The notes: generated by a model not told the origin, from the sequence alone. A DNA stretch of 64,000 nt from Macrostomum lignano (GCA_002269645.1 NIVC01000797.1:372001-436000), one strand, 5' to 3'. Positions 24,247 to 36,830 are shown, counted from the stretch's first letter. Numbers and translations: made by a program.

Positions 24247-24558
24247 ATGAAAAAAAGCTTGGCCTATAAACCAAGAAATGGAAAACCGTTGCCTTGGGAA
24301 GTGAAGGATAATGTGGAAGTAACAGGAGATTTATGGTTCCGAAAGTATACCTACGGCCCAAAAAGCATAAGAATTCTGGCAGTTATCAATCCACAGCGCA
24401 GATTCGTCGTCATTTGGGCGATTAACGATCATGACGGCAACTACCATTTCCACTACAAGGAATATCTTGACATCATTAGTCTTTGGGAGCGAGGATTAAC
24501 TACCGAAAATGGCGTTACAAAAATCACTCGCCCAGAACCGAACCCGCTGCCGCGATGA
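24247..24558 (+). CDS. Orphan ORF, 103 aa from the ATG (frame open from 24109; possible acceptor TTTAG at 24118)
   Basis: 149 stop-free non-repetitive codons in AT-rich context, with globular-looking composition. Function unknown. Confidence 0.45.
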   Translation: MKKSLAYKPRNGKPLPWEVKDNVEVTGDLWFRKYTYGPKSIRILAVINPQRRFVVIWAINDHDGNYHFHYKEYLDIISLWERGLTTENGVTKITRPEPNPLPR

Positions 24559-25606
24559 TCTCTACTTAAAGAAACCATAGAAACGAGATTTTTCTAGACT
24601 GACTCTGTCTATGACAAAGACCCATTTACAGCTATGTGATCTCCAACGATATACAAAAAAATGTTTTCGTTGTCCATGCAATGTATCCGGCTATCCTTGG
24701 TTTTGGTTGTCTTATCGTTTCTTATCAAAAATCGTTTTTTTCACTTCTAGCCTATCTAGCCTATCTAGCCTATTTAATCTATCCTAAAGCATGTACGCGT
24801 TCTTGTTTTAATTAACTACTAGAACATTTTTTGTTACAATGTACTCGCTTTGGTGATTTTTTTCAATCGTTGATTTTAGTATATAAGACTGTTAAATGAC
24901 TATAATCTCAATGCTTTAACCTACAAATTGACTGTACCATCTGGAACTACAATAATTGAATCTTGCCATCATTATTTATTAATAAATAATGGAGCCGGTT
25001 TCCTTTTATCATAAATCAATTCGAATATCATTGACAGTTTAGTCAATTTGTCGCTCTGCTGTTTGTTGTGTCGTGTAACCTGACAGACCAACTTAATGAT
25101 ATAGATAATATTTTACGCTAATATTTCTACGATAACGTAAATGCTACCTATATTATTATTGTCTATTACTTATACTGCCATTTTATTAAGTAGAGTAGTT
25201 GATAAATTATCTGTATAATGTATTATTAATCACGTGATATCTCTAGCTCTTGAATTTATCGATCGTGCAGTTTTTCTAGTGTAGTTAAAATATCGATAAT
25301 GTAGTTTTTCTTAAATAACAAAAATATAAATATAGCAACTGTGCGCACCTAGCACTTTACTTTTCAACTCAACTGGAAAATTTCAAGCCTTGGCTACACA
25401 ACACTGTTCACATACTATTTTAGAAAAGTTTTTTGTCCAACAAAAACCCTTTTTTACGGTTGAAATTCGGTTTGCCAATTTTATAAACAATTGGACGAGC
25501 GATACGACTGGACACTAATTTGAATTCGTTAAATAGTGTCAAAACATTGAATGGGTTGTAAAATCAAGCTTATATTTTTGGGAGGATTCATAGTACGTTA
25601 TACACG

Positions 25607-26410
25607 ATTTCACACCTGAGTAAACACCCTAATCCACACCTGAGCCACATCCTGATACACACCTGAGCCACATCCTCATCCACACCTGAGCCACATCCTC
25701 ATCCACACCTGAGCCACATCCTGATCCACACCTGAGCCATATCCTCATCCACACCTGAGCCACATCCTGATACACACTTAATTATGCCACATCCTCATCC
25801 ACACCTGAGCCACATCCTGATACACACTTAATTATGCCACATCCTCATCCACACCTGAGCCAAATCCTGATACACACCTGAGCCACATCCTGATACACAC
25901 CTGAGCCACATCCTCATCCACACCTGAGCCACATCCTCATCCACACCTGAGCCATATCCTCATCCACACCTGAGCCACATCCTAATCTACACCTGAGCCA
26001 CATCCTAATCCACACCTGAGTCACATCCTGATCCACACCTGAGCCACATCCTGATCCACACCTTAGCCAAATCCTAATCCACACCTGAGTCACATCCTGA
26101 TCCACACCTGAGCCACATCCTGATACACACTTAATTATGCCACATCCTCATCCACACCTGAGCCACATCCTGATACACACCTGAGCCACATCCTCATCCA
26201 CACCTGAGCCACATCCTGATACACACCGGAGCCACATCCTGATGCACACCTGAGCCACATCCTCATCCACACCTGAGCCACATCCTCATCCACACCTGAG
26301 CCACATCCTAATCCACACCTGAGTAACACCCTAATCCACGCCTGAGCCACATTATGATCCACACCTGAGCTACATCCTCATCCACACTTGAGCCGCATAC
26401 TGACACCCAC
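25607..26410. repeat. 23-bp minisatellite (CACACCTGAGCCACATCCTCATC), about 35 copies
   Basis: Period 23; a 27-bp variant (CACACTTAATTATGCC..) occurs three times. Confidence 0.95.
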
Positions 26411-26959
26411 CTTCAGCCACTTCAGCTGAGAATTTTTATCGGAAGGAATAATGAGGTCTTTCAGATACAAAAAAATTCAACAGTTCTGCTTGAAATTCAT
26501 GCAGACTTCTTCGTCGCCTTGATCAACGTTTCACGCCACAGCTCTGCTTCAACGGAGGTTTGGAAGCTGATAGCGAGCAGCAGTCGCTGCTCCAAGGCTT
26601 CATCAGTCGGTAGGAGGCTGGAAGATGTTGGCGATGAAGTTCCACCAGCAGCGGCGGCTTTTGGGCTACCAAGCAGAAGTAGCTTGTTGCCGGGAGAAGC
26701 AGATTCGATCTATGGAATCAGTTATATAGGGTGATGCGAAAAGGTAGCGAATACGCTGAAGTGTACCGATGCAGTGCTGCTCACTTTGACACTGTGACAA
26801 ATGCACTTCACGCGCAGGGATCCATGCTCTCACCTTAATCCCCGTGCCACGCAGCGCGAGACGCCCTATCAATGGGCCACAGCAGCCTCCGCAATCGGCT
26901 GCGTCTCCAGGCAATGCTAAGTACATTTTGAGCACACCCGAGTCCAGATGAAGCTCTAG

Positions 26960-27520
26960 CCTAGTCGCCGTGGTGACAGAGCCGATTGTCGCACCTGGCG
27001 ACATCAGAATGAGCAGGACATTTTGAGCACTGGTCAACAAGTTATAACTGCTGGCATCCTTGGATCGGGCTTCATTGTCTGGCGTGGCTTTTGCCTCAAA
27101 GTAGCGGAGAAAGCACATACTCAAGTATGGACCTCAGTAAAAGACTGGCTAGGGGAGCTCAATGCGCACAGTTTTCCGCTCGAATGGGATCCAATCGAAA
27201 TTTATATCGGGAAAAATCCACTGATATCGGAGGTGGCGAAATTTCATCTAAAAAGATTATAACTAGCCAACAGATGGCTCTCAAAGCTGGAAGAGAACTT
27301 GAAGACTAGATCAACAAACTGATTCGCTTTGATTGACAGGATCGCTACGCAGTTAGTTCTCTCCTAGGATCATTTTCCATATCTTGGCTGCATTTGCTTT
27401 AAACCTTCTTGCCGCGGATATTTTATTGGCCAAATTATTTTTCCGAAACATCTAAGGAACTCGTGCCGACAGCTAATAGTTACGGTGGATGGAGATTCGA
27501 AATCGAGTCGAGTTCGAATG
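26960..27520 (+). pseudogene. Decayed coding-like segment, possibly an L1/Tx1-type LINE 3' end
   Basis: One frame with scattered stops: VWTSVKDWLGEL..DPIEIYIG..ISEVAKFHL, weakly resembling the L1/Tx1 C-terminal pattern. Confidence 0.3.
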
Positions 27521-28461
27521 CACTTTTAAGTACAGCACGGGTGCAGCGTGCGATTTCTTTCCTCGGACATTCTCAGTAGGGTGACAATTTGATAGAAAAA
27601 TAACGGACACATCCTGCAGATAGAGTTTACTTGATGGCTTCCGCGTCCTTTTGTGCTTTCAAGCTGTGGACTTATAAACAAAGTTCTTGTTAAATATATA
27701 ATTTCGACTCTCATCGCAGGTGTTTCTTAAAGTTTGCATGGCATGGACACGCGGCCTAAGAAATGCAATAAAAACGACAAGACAATAATTGCCGAGAAGT
27801 TTGTGCATGGGAACTCGAAAATCGAAAAAAAGCAAACCTATGAGTAGCTGTTTCACGGATTTTACAAGCTACATGTGGATTAGAATACCGGCATCCAACA
27901 TTGAAGGCATGCAAAAAAAACTTCCGCTTCGTTACAACCGATTTTGGATCGAGTGTAACTGTTTCATTTTAAAGCTGAATAAATTCTCCAAAACTTCTGC
28001 GTAAAAAGCATGCATATGAGACACACAGCATGCATATGAGACATATATGTAAACCAGTCTGTGCATCTTAAAACTGGATTTTATATCCATTGTCCCAACA
28101 AAAGTGCACGTATGTGGCATGTGGGAAACGCATACAGTTTATAGATCGTTTAGGTACGAGCGTAGGAGTTAGGGTAGAGGAACTACATGTATTTTTAAAG
28201 TGCGATTTATAGGTGCTCCGGCTCCCTAACAAAACCGACCACTTATCCTAAACAGACATGAGAAAGGGGGTCACAGGGACAAAGGCATACGGTTGCTGGT
28301 TAAAACTCGCTTCCTCATTGACTATTCTGGAATTCTTCCTTAATTGCAGACAGAAGTGCGGTAAAAAGAAAGAGAATATAAGAATTTGAAGGAGCTTGAA
28401 GTCTTTTTTAAGTATTCCGAATCTACCCTCTGTGGCGCTTGTCGATCGAAACGATCAGAGG

Positions 28462-28760
28462 TGTTAGAAAAAAAGTTTTGGACTATATGCCAACAATATA
28501 CCAATATGGATGGGCCGCATCGGGCAGAAACGAGCTAACACTCCTCGGCGCTATGCGCCTCGGCGTTATAGCTCATTTCTGCCCTCTGCAGCCCATCCAT
28601 ATTAGTGTTATAGTTAGCGGGCGTGTGGTGTTCGTGTGGCCAAGCAATCTAAAGTTTCTCTTGGCGGTCGCGTGTATTATAAAGAATAGAATACTCTATG
28701 GTACAAGCATAGATAAATGAAATGAACATCAGTCTGGGGATACCACATCCCTCCACCTTT
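28462..28760 (-). mobile_element. Polypurine tract and probable 3' LTR of a Gypsy element
   Basis: On the minus strand AAAGGTGGAGGGA (28760-28748) is directly followed by TGTGGTA at 28747; tentative end ..CTAACA at 28462. Confidence 0.55.
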
Positions 28761-28767
28761 AGTAAAA

Positions 28768-29617
28768 TCAGTTCATTGTAGGGAAACGAATTGGCCTCCT
28801 CAGTACGGTCTGTGGTCGGAGTCCACTTCTGCGCATTGTTCTTGGATCACACTGTGGTATTTCGGATGCGTCCCTCTTTTCTCGCTGACTGTCGCTCATT
28901 CCTCCTCCACCAGAAAACGTTACCAGAGCCTCGTCAGATTCTGAGTCTGGGAATATCTTTCTGGCCTTATTAACGTGGCGCTTCTTGATTGTGCCACTTT
29001 TGTTCTCCAGGATCAACAGTCCTCCGACTCGCTTCCTTACGTAGTATTGCTCTGTACCAAAAAAACTATCGTACTTGTTCCTTGCTTCCCTTTCAATCAC
29101 TACTGTGTCACCTGTTTTGATGCCGCAGTCACGAGCGTTCCGATTAGCGTAGTTGGACATTTTTCTTTTGTAATCGGCGTCTTTATCTTTCTGCTTAATC
29201 AAAGGATCTATTGTCTCGTCGTTCATTTGAGGAAGTTTTGTCCGCGCGCTCCACCGAAAGAAAAGGTTTGCTGGCGCTACGCCTGTTGCTCTCATCGGTG
29301 TTGTTCTATAGGCGTGCAAAAAGATTTGCAATTCCTCTTCAAAACTTGATCCATTCAAAATTCTGGATCTTCTGATGACTTTGTTCAATGTTTCATTGAA
29401 TCTTTCCACCTCCCCATTTGCTGCTGGGTGACGCGGAATTATCCGAGAGTGAATGACACCTTGACTGTTAAGGTATTCGTCAACGACTTTCGAACAGAAA
29501 TTTGTTCCGTTGTCTGAGACGAGTTCTTTCATTGGTCCAAATAGTGAAATCACTTTCTTTAGAATTCGCACTACGTCGCTCGCTTCTGTGCGCTTCATGA
29601 TGAACACTAGAGGACCC
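28768..29617 (-). mobile_element. Ty3/Gypsy integrase (rve core and C-terminus), 5'-truncated
   Basis: FGPMKELVSDNGTNF, HPAANGEVERFNETL and AYRTTP..TGVAPA give the second D and the E of the DDE triad. The first D is lost at the MITE junction. Confidence 0.92.
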
Positions 29618-30005
29618 ACGGGCCGCTGAGACTGTCTATGGTAAAATCCCATTTACTCCAATGCATTCAGTCGGTTTCACGGCCTGCTGAAAATGTCTAT
29701 GGCAAAGTCAGAAGAAAGCGGGGTCAAGGGGGCGCTGAGCCCCCTTGCGGGGGTGTGGGGGCGGAGCCCCCACAGTAGCACACCAGCACACAAGACAAAG
29801 AAAGAAATAATGAAATCCAAAAATTGTCTATGGCCAAGACTCCTTATTTTGCGAATTGAATAAATAGTAACTGATATTAAGAATTGTTAAGCAGCACTAA
29901 GCTTTACTTTAAGTTGTAGAAACATTAACTAGATACTTAAATGCATACGAGTTTTTTTACTTATTGAAGTTGGCCATAGATTATTGCAGCGGGCGGGATG
30001 CCGTG
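29618..30005. mobile_element. MITE with CACGG ends and TGTCTATGG subrepeats, abutting the integrase
   Basis: CACGG(G/C)C(C/T)GCTGA..TGTCTATGG at 29618 and 29678, a partial copy at 29821, and an inverted counterpart ending GCCGTG at 30005; GC-rich GGGGCGGAGCCCC core. Confidence 0.6.
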
Positions 30006-30283
30006 CGTTTCTCCCCGTTTCAACACGCCTAGGCTAACTATAACAAGAATATACATATACCATGGTAACCGAAACGTCTTCCTCTGGTCTGTTGCATCAG
30101 CCAACCAGCATCACTTTCTTTTGATGCGCCTTCCCCAACATCCGGAGGGTTTAGCTCTTAGTAGATGAGTGAGATTCTGTGAGAAAGCAGAACTCTCTGT
30201 GGATATTTCTAAAAATCAAATTACCACTGCTTTATAATTTCTTTTTGGACTTTGATTTCTCTGGTAGCAGTTTCGTTGCAACA

Positions 30284-30972
30284 ATGGGTGTGCAAGCAAG
30301 GCTGGCGTTGATTTTCTTGGCTATGCAAGCTCCAGCTGCGATGCAGGACGCCTACAACCTGATCACCGGCTACCTGTGCATCAGGAGCGACTTCATTGAG
30401 ACTCCAGGTGGCTCTGGGACAAAATATTTCTGTGCCTCGATGTGCAGCCGCAACCCGCGCTGTCAGGCGTTCAGCCTGGCTGACGGTCCGTGCCAGCTGT
30501 TCGTGTTCGACAAGTGCAGCAAGTCGGTGAGGAACTGCGGCTGCTCCAGGAGAGGCCGGGTGTTTGTGAAGCAGCAGCCGGGACTCGAGGCGGGCGCGCT
30601 GTGCCCGTCTGGCTACGGAGACGACCTGTGCGGAGTGAAGTACAAGCTGCTCAATGGAGCGGACTTCTGGTGGCCGAGCAGACAGAAGTGCGAGTCGGAG
30701 AGCGGTCTGGCGATCATGGCCGACATGATGGACGCCACCGAGATGAGCCACGTGGAGACGATCTACAGCAAGTACAGCACTGGATTTTCGATGTGGCTGG
30801 TACTGGGTCGGCTGCAACATCACCGTTGACGACAGCCTGTGGAATGCGAGGGAGCCGGTCACACGGAGAAAATGTAATCGGCCGATATTACCGTTGGGAC
30901 AACCTGGCTGACTTCTGGGAATCGGTGGACAGATTTCGAGTCCTGTGCGAGTGCGTGTCGCCGTTTGTTTGA
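30284..30972 (+). pseudogene. Secreted PAN/apple + C-type lectin gene copy 2, full length but with two frameshifts
   Basis: Signal-like MGVQARLALIFLAMQAPAA; CASMCSRNPRCQAFSL (PAN/apple); the CTLD continues YWVGCNITVDDSLW and GENVIGRYY..LCECVSPFV in other frames. Intronless. Confidence 0.8.
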
Positions 30973-31489
30973 GCTGCCGAGCAGCCAGTGAATTCAATGA
31001 TGCGGAGTTGAAGAAAAATTAACTAATTAACCAAACAAATTAAACCTACTTAAAGAGAATGAACTTACTTGTATTTAAAGTAAAAACATTTTATGCTGTT
31101 GTATTCTAAGCTTGTTAAGTTTTATTTTTACCAGCAGCAGATCAAAACAGCTCCATCCTCCATCATAGCAGTAGAAAAACCGCTTAACGAACCTGTTCTC
31201 AGCAGGCTCTTTTTATCAACATTGCATTAGCTAATCCTAAAATATGTTCTCAGAGATATAACAATAGCCTCTTAACTTTTTCCAAACTGATTTCCGAAAT
31301 AAAAGTCTTTAAGCTTTAAAGTCTGTCTGACATATTTATCATAAATCATTGACTTACCGAAAACTGCCATGTGACGTTTGATTCAATTTATTAATTTACA
31401 AAATAAGACTTTGTATATATGGCTCGTAGCTTCGAAGTCAAATGACTGAAAGCAAACATCAGTTTAAGCGTTTAAATTGAGTCAGGAGG

Positions 31490-31941
31490 AGTGTGCCCGC
31501 CAGGCTACGGAGAGGCGACCTGTGGGGAGTGAAGTACAAGCTGCACTTTAAGGCCGATTTATGCAGTGGCCGAGCAGACGCCTGTGCTGTTCGAGTCGGA
31601 GAGCCGCCTCCGAGGTGGACGCCTCCGAGATGAGCCACGTGGACTCGATCTACGATAGCCGGGCGAAACGCATCTCGTTCTGGCTGGGCGACCTCCTGCC
31701 GGCAGCTGGCAGCCCGGAGCCAGCAGGCGGCTGGTACTGGGTCGGCTGCAACATCTCCGCTGACGCCAGCCTGTGGGGCAGCGGAGAGCCCGAGAATCCG
31801 GAGAATGCTATCGGAAGGTGGTTCGGTCACGACAAGCTGTCCGACTTCAGAGACTACTCCGCATTCCACATGCCGTTCTGTGCGAATGCTGGTCTCCATT
31901 CAACTCAGTTGCAGCTAATATTTAAGGTCTCGAGTCGTTGA
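31490..31941 (+). pseudogene. C-type lectin gene copy 3, 5'-truncated with multiple frameshifts
   Basis: Nucleotide match to copy 2 (CCAGGCTACGGAGA..GAAGTACAAGCTG); DASEMSHVDSIY..GGWYWVGCNISADASLWGSGEPEN. Confidence 0.75.
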
Positions 31942-33476
31942 AAATTTAAACAAAATATTATTTAAAACTGTTTTCACACACGTTGGATGAAATAGTATCA
32001 TATATGCAGTGTCATTTTCTAATCGGCCCGAAAATTTTCCTTTAACATGACATTCTTGAAACCCGGTTCAGTACATTCTTCTCCTTTTCCCAGTGTGGCT
32101 ATGGAAAAGGACGTCCGAGGAAGAAATTCAATCACTCCGGCGTCTCCAATAGCATATTTTGATTTAGACTGCTGTATATAACGAAAATGAAATTTTAATT
32201 ACTACTGTACACAACTATATAAAATCTATGCAGAGTAACATGTTGTGCATGCTTAGTTAAAGAAATGGTAGTCTTCACTGCCCAGATCAAAAGCAAATTA
32301 ATAGACTTTTTGATAAAAAAAATTCTACATGTATGTGTGCATTTATTCCAGGAAATTGCATGGCCTCGTAAAAATTCACCAGCTTCGAAGTTTTACATGC
32401 ATATGTACATCCTGTTAAAATACAGTGACCCATGTATTATCAATCCTGCACACTGCAGACGTGCACGCGGAGATACATATGTACTCATATGTACATGTAC
32501 TCATTGTAAACATGCACATGTATGTACGAAACATTTTTGCAATACTTTTCGTAAATAAATTTCTTCTATGAAACTACTTTTAACAGCAAGCAGAAGTTTT
32601 GGTAATCTTCTCAAGCAAGTTGACTTTTATAAGGTTTGTTGATTAAATATTTTTTTCTTCATACATACATCTTACACAGACTTTCTCACGGCTCTTTCCC
32701 ATCCCATCACATGCGATTAACTAACCTGTTTGTATTTTTTAATAAATATATGCAGTAGCCCCACGAAAATTGTAATCGTCTATCATCGTTTAAAGAAGAT
32801 ATCAAAAGTGCATGTAGAAGCTGTAGACGTAGAGCAACTGACATATACAGTGTACAGCAAAATAAGAGACTACATTAAACAACTGGGACTAACCCGTTGA
32901 AAACAATATGGTTAATCTTGAAAGTAAATATACGAAAAGTAACTTTTGGTTGGTTAATTTACTACAGTTTAACTTTCGAAAAGCGAATGTACATAAATTA
33001 ACCACACGGACACTTTGAGGTTAATTTCGGTTTACAAACTGGTAAGTTAACGAATGTAAACAACCAAGTAAATGAGAAAGCTTAAAATCCAATCCTACGT
33101 TGGGTAATTTATAGTGTTTCGATTTAAATTTTTTTGTGATAGAATATGTATTATGGATGATATACGATTGTATTTCTTTAACTAAGGCTTTTTCTACGAA
33201 ACCAAAATTTTCTTAGCACTGATTTAAAATTTTGTTTTTCTGCGAAAGTTGCTAAGCTGAAAGCTAGCGCAAAGTGAAGCCTATAAAGTAAGAAATGTAC
33301 ATCTTTTAAGTTATATATACTGCGTAAAGAAAAAACTGTTGGAAGTTTTTCGAAAAATCTTAGTTCCACTAATTTCGCGCTATTTTCCTCCCGGATTTAC
33401 ATACAGATTTACATACATACAGTTATTGTACTGTTTCAATCTTGAAAGGTGTAAGAGCCTTTGATTTAAAATTTAT

Positions 33477-33600
33477 ATGGCCAAAGCGTACGATTATTTA
33501 TTCAAGCTTTTGCTTATCGGTGATAGTGGCGTCGGAAAAACATGTTTGCTGGTTCGTTTCGCTGAAGATAATTTTTCTCCGACATTTATATCAACCATAG
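33477..33600 (+). CDS. Rab8: Rab8-type GTPase exon 1 of 4
   Basis: [42 protein letters not shown]; donor G|GTAAGT. Confidence 0.93.
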
Positions 33601-34331
33601 GTAAGTTATGAGATACATTAGAAATAAGTTAAATAAAAAAAATGCGATTTTCCCTGTTTAATCCTTTTGCATAGCTTATTTTCGTTCAATAAGGTATTAC
33701 AATGTCTATATGTTTTGAGAAACTTTGAGTTTAATGTTTAATGTTGGGCATTTAGTCAGTTTTACTTTTCATTTATTAATTATGTTCAACAAGGATTTGA
33801 TTTAACAAAAGTTGAATATTTTGTATCATGGCTATTGTTACCATTATGAATAACATGTTATTCTCAGTCACTCTATTAAATTTTTCTCATAGGATTTTTC
33901 ATAGGGAACATTTCTAAAATTTGGTTTAAATACTTGTATCTTTTGAATCTAATTATGCAAATATGATTTCAAATATTGTAAAATTTGAGCAATGAAACAA
34001 TTCTTTAGTATTTACATTTAAAAAATTTTGTCCTATATATGCCTTTTTGGGCATGAAACTATTTAAACCTTAATATTCTTTTTAAGTTTAAGATTTTACA
34101 ACTAATTATATATTAAGTATACTAGTTAAGTTTTATATAAATGCACAAATTAATTTTAATTGTATATGTATTTATAAGTAGGATATGCAATTTTATTTTG
34201 TCCTGTTATGCTTTAAATTAGAAAAAATAACATTAAGAGTTTTATTTAAATAATAACATGTTTTTTTCTTTTTGTCAAATCTAAAGTCAATAAATAGTCT
34301 CAAGCTTTCACTTGCCAATTCTTTTTTTTAG

Positions 34332-34392
34332 GAATTGACTTCAAGGTTCGCACTATTGATTTGGATGGAAAACGTGTTAAACTGCAGATATG
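34332..34392 (+). CDS. Rab8: Rab8 exon 2
   Basis: TTTTAG|GA; [20 protein letters not shown]; TG|GTAGG. Confidence 0.93.
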
Positions 34393-34492
34393 GTAGGCTA
34401 CAATTTTTATGCCTGATTATTTAAAGGATGTAGGGTGCACAAAGACAAAAAAGGCATGATTAGACATTAAGAGGATAGGGCTATTTAATGAG

Positions 34493-34790
34493 AGATGGTA
34501 GAGCTAGATAAAGGAGATAGTAGAGCTGGATAAAGAGAGGGTAGAGCTGGATAAGGGAGTGGGTAGAGCTGGATAAAGAGAGGGTAGAGCTGGATCAGGG
34601 AGAGGGTAGAGCTGGATAAGGGAGAGGGTAGAGCTGGATAAGGGAGAGGGTAGAGCTGGATAAGGGAGAGGGTAGAGCTGGATCAAGGAGAGGGTAGAGC
34701 TGGATAAGGGAGAGGGTAGAGCTGGATCAGGGAGAGGGTACAGCTGGATCAGGGAGAGGGTAGAGCTGGATCAGGGAGAGGGTAAAGCTG
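34493..34790. repeat. 22-bp minisatellite (GGGAGAGGGTAGAGCTGGATAA), Rab8 intron 2
   Basis: About 13 copies. Confidence 0.93.
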
Positions 34791-34882
34791 GGGCACAGAA
34801 TCAGGTATCCCAGTGCAGTACAGTGGTAAATAAAGCAATCTCCCAGCTAATATAATATTCAATAACCACAACTAATCCGCAG

Positions 34883-35111
34883 GGACACAGCTGGCCAGGA
34901 ACGATTCCGCACCATCACCACAGCGTACTATCGCGGCGCTATGGGCATCGTTTTAGTTTACGATGTCACTAGTCAGAAGTCGTTTCAAAATATTCGCACC
35001 TGGATTGGAAATATCAACGAGCACGCCAGCTCAGATGTTGAGCGAATGCTATTAGCTAATAAATGCGACATGCCCGATAGACGGATGGTGGCCACTGAGC
35101 AGGGTCAGAAG
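34883..35111 (+). CDS. Rab8: Rab8 exon 3
   Basis: CGCAG|G; [43 protein letters not shown]; AAG|GTGCGA. Confidence 0.93.
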
Positions 35112-35194
35112 GTGCGATTGACCTATTTGTGTGACCTGTTTTTAGTAAACTTTTACTCAAGTTTTCACACCACTACGTTTATGGACTTTGTAAC

Positions 35195-35900
35195 GGGTGT
35201 TTCGTGTCCGGTGTGTGTGTCCCGTAGGTGTTTCGTGTCCGGTGTGTGTGTCCCGTAGGTGTTTCGTGTCCGGTGTGTGTGTCCCGTAGGTGTTTCGTGT
35301 CCGGTGTGTGTGTGTCCCGTAGGTGTTTCGTGTCCGGTGTGTGTGTGTCCCGTAGGTGTTTCGTGTCCGGTGTGTGTGTCCGATAGGTGTTTCCGTGTTG
35401 TCCGGTGTGTGCTTCACGTCCGGTGTGTGCTTTATGTCCGGTGCGTGCTTCATGTCCGGTGGGTGTTTCCGTGTTGTCCGGTGTGTGCTTTATGTCCGGT
35501 GCGTGCTTCATGTCCGGTGGGTGTTTCCGTGTTGTCCGGTGTGTGCTTCACGTCCGGTGTGTGCTTTATGTCCGGTGGGTGTTTCCGTGTTGTCCTGTGT
35601 GTGTTTCATATCCGGTGGGTGTTTCCGTGTTGTCCTGTGTGTGCTTCATATCCGGTGGGTGTTTCCGTGTTGTCCTGTGTGTGTTTCATATCCGGTGGGT
35701 GTTTCCGTGTTGTCCTGTGTGTGTTTCATATCCGGTGGGTGTTTCCGTGTTGTCCTGTGTGTGTTTCATATCCGGTGGGTGTTTCCGTGTTGTCCTGTGT
35801 GTGTTTCATATCCGGTGGGTGTTTCCGTGTTGTCCGGTGTGTGCTTTATGTCCGGTGTGTGCTTCATGTCCGGTGTGTATTTTCGTGTCCGGTGTGTTTC
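35195..35900. repeat. Compound GT-rich minisatellites (31-35 bp, then about 40 bp) sharing GTCCGGTG, Rab8 intron 3
   Basis: Direct inspection. Confidence 0.9.
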
Positions 35901-36319
35901 TCTGACCGGTGTCCAGGTGTATCCAGTGGGTGTTTCAGTGTGGGAATTTCTAGCCTGGGGATGTTTCTTAAAGAGCTGGACAATTCTATAAGCAGCTGGC
36001 GTCTGTTTAAACACTTGGTGTTTATAATCTGCATCAAGTGAGGCATTCCAACCCTGCCACAACCGCTAACCGGTTTACACCTGCCAGTCCTGGTCAGCTA
36101 AATTTATATCTACAAACTCGAATGGCCTGCCTACGAGCGTAAATGTGAAACTTTGAATCAAAATTGAATTCATTCTGCACTTTCAGATTCACTAATAATG
36201 CTAAAATTTAATTAATAATTCCTTGCTTCTGATTAAATTCTGGTTAGCAACTATGCACCAATTTCCACTGGATCCATTTTCTAAGTTAGCTGAAAGTAGT
36301 ATATTGGGCTTTGATTATC

Positions 36320-36830
36320 CATTCTGTCTATTGCGTTGGCTATAGATTAGCAATCCATTCTATTTATCACATTGGCTATAGATTAGCAATCCATTCTATT
36401 TATCACATTGGCTATATATTAGCAATCCATTCTGTTTATCACATTGGCGATAGATTAGCAATCCATTCTGTTTAACACATTGGCGATAGATTAGCAATCC
36501 ATTCTGTTTATCACATTGGCTATAGATTAGCAATCCATTCTATTTATCACATTGGCTATATATTAGCAATCCATTCTGTTTATCACATTGGCGATAGATT
36601 AGCAATCCATTCTGTTTAACACATTGGCGATAGATTAGCAATCCATTCTGTTTATCACGTTGGCTATAGATTAGCAATCCATTCTGTTTATCACGTTGGC
36701 GATAGATTAGCAATCCATTCTGTTTATCACATTGGCTATAGATTAGCAATCCATTCTGTTTATCACGTTGGCGATAGATTAGCAATCCATTCTGTTTAAC
36801 ACATTGGCTATAGATTAGCAACCCATTCTC
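36320..36830. repeat. 36-bp minisatellite (TAGATTAGCAATCCATTCTGTTTATCACATTGGCTA), about 14 copies
   Basis: Period 36; ends at the exon 4 acceptor. Confidence 0.95.
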
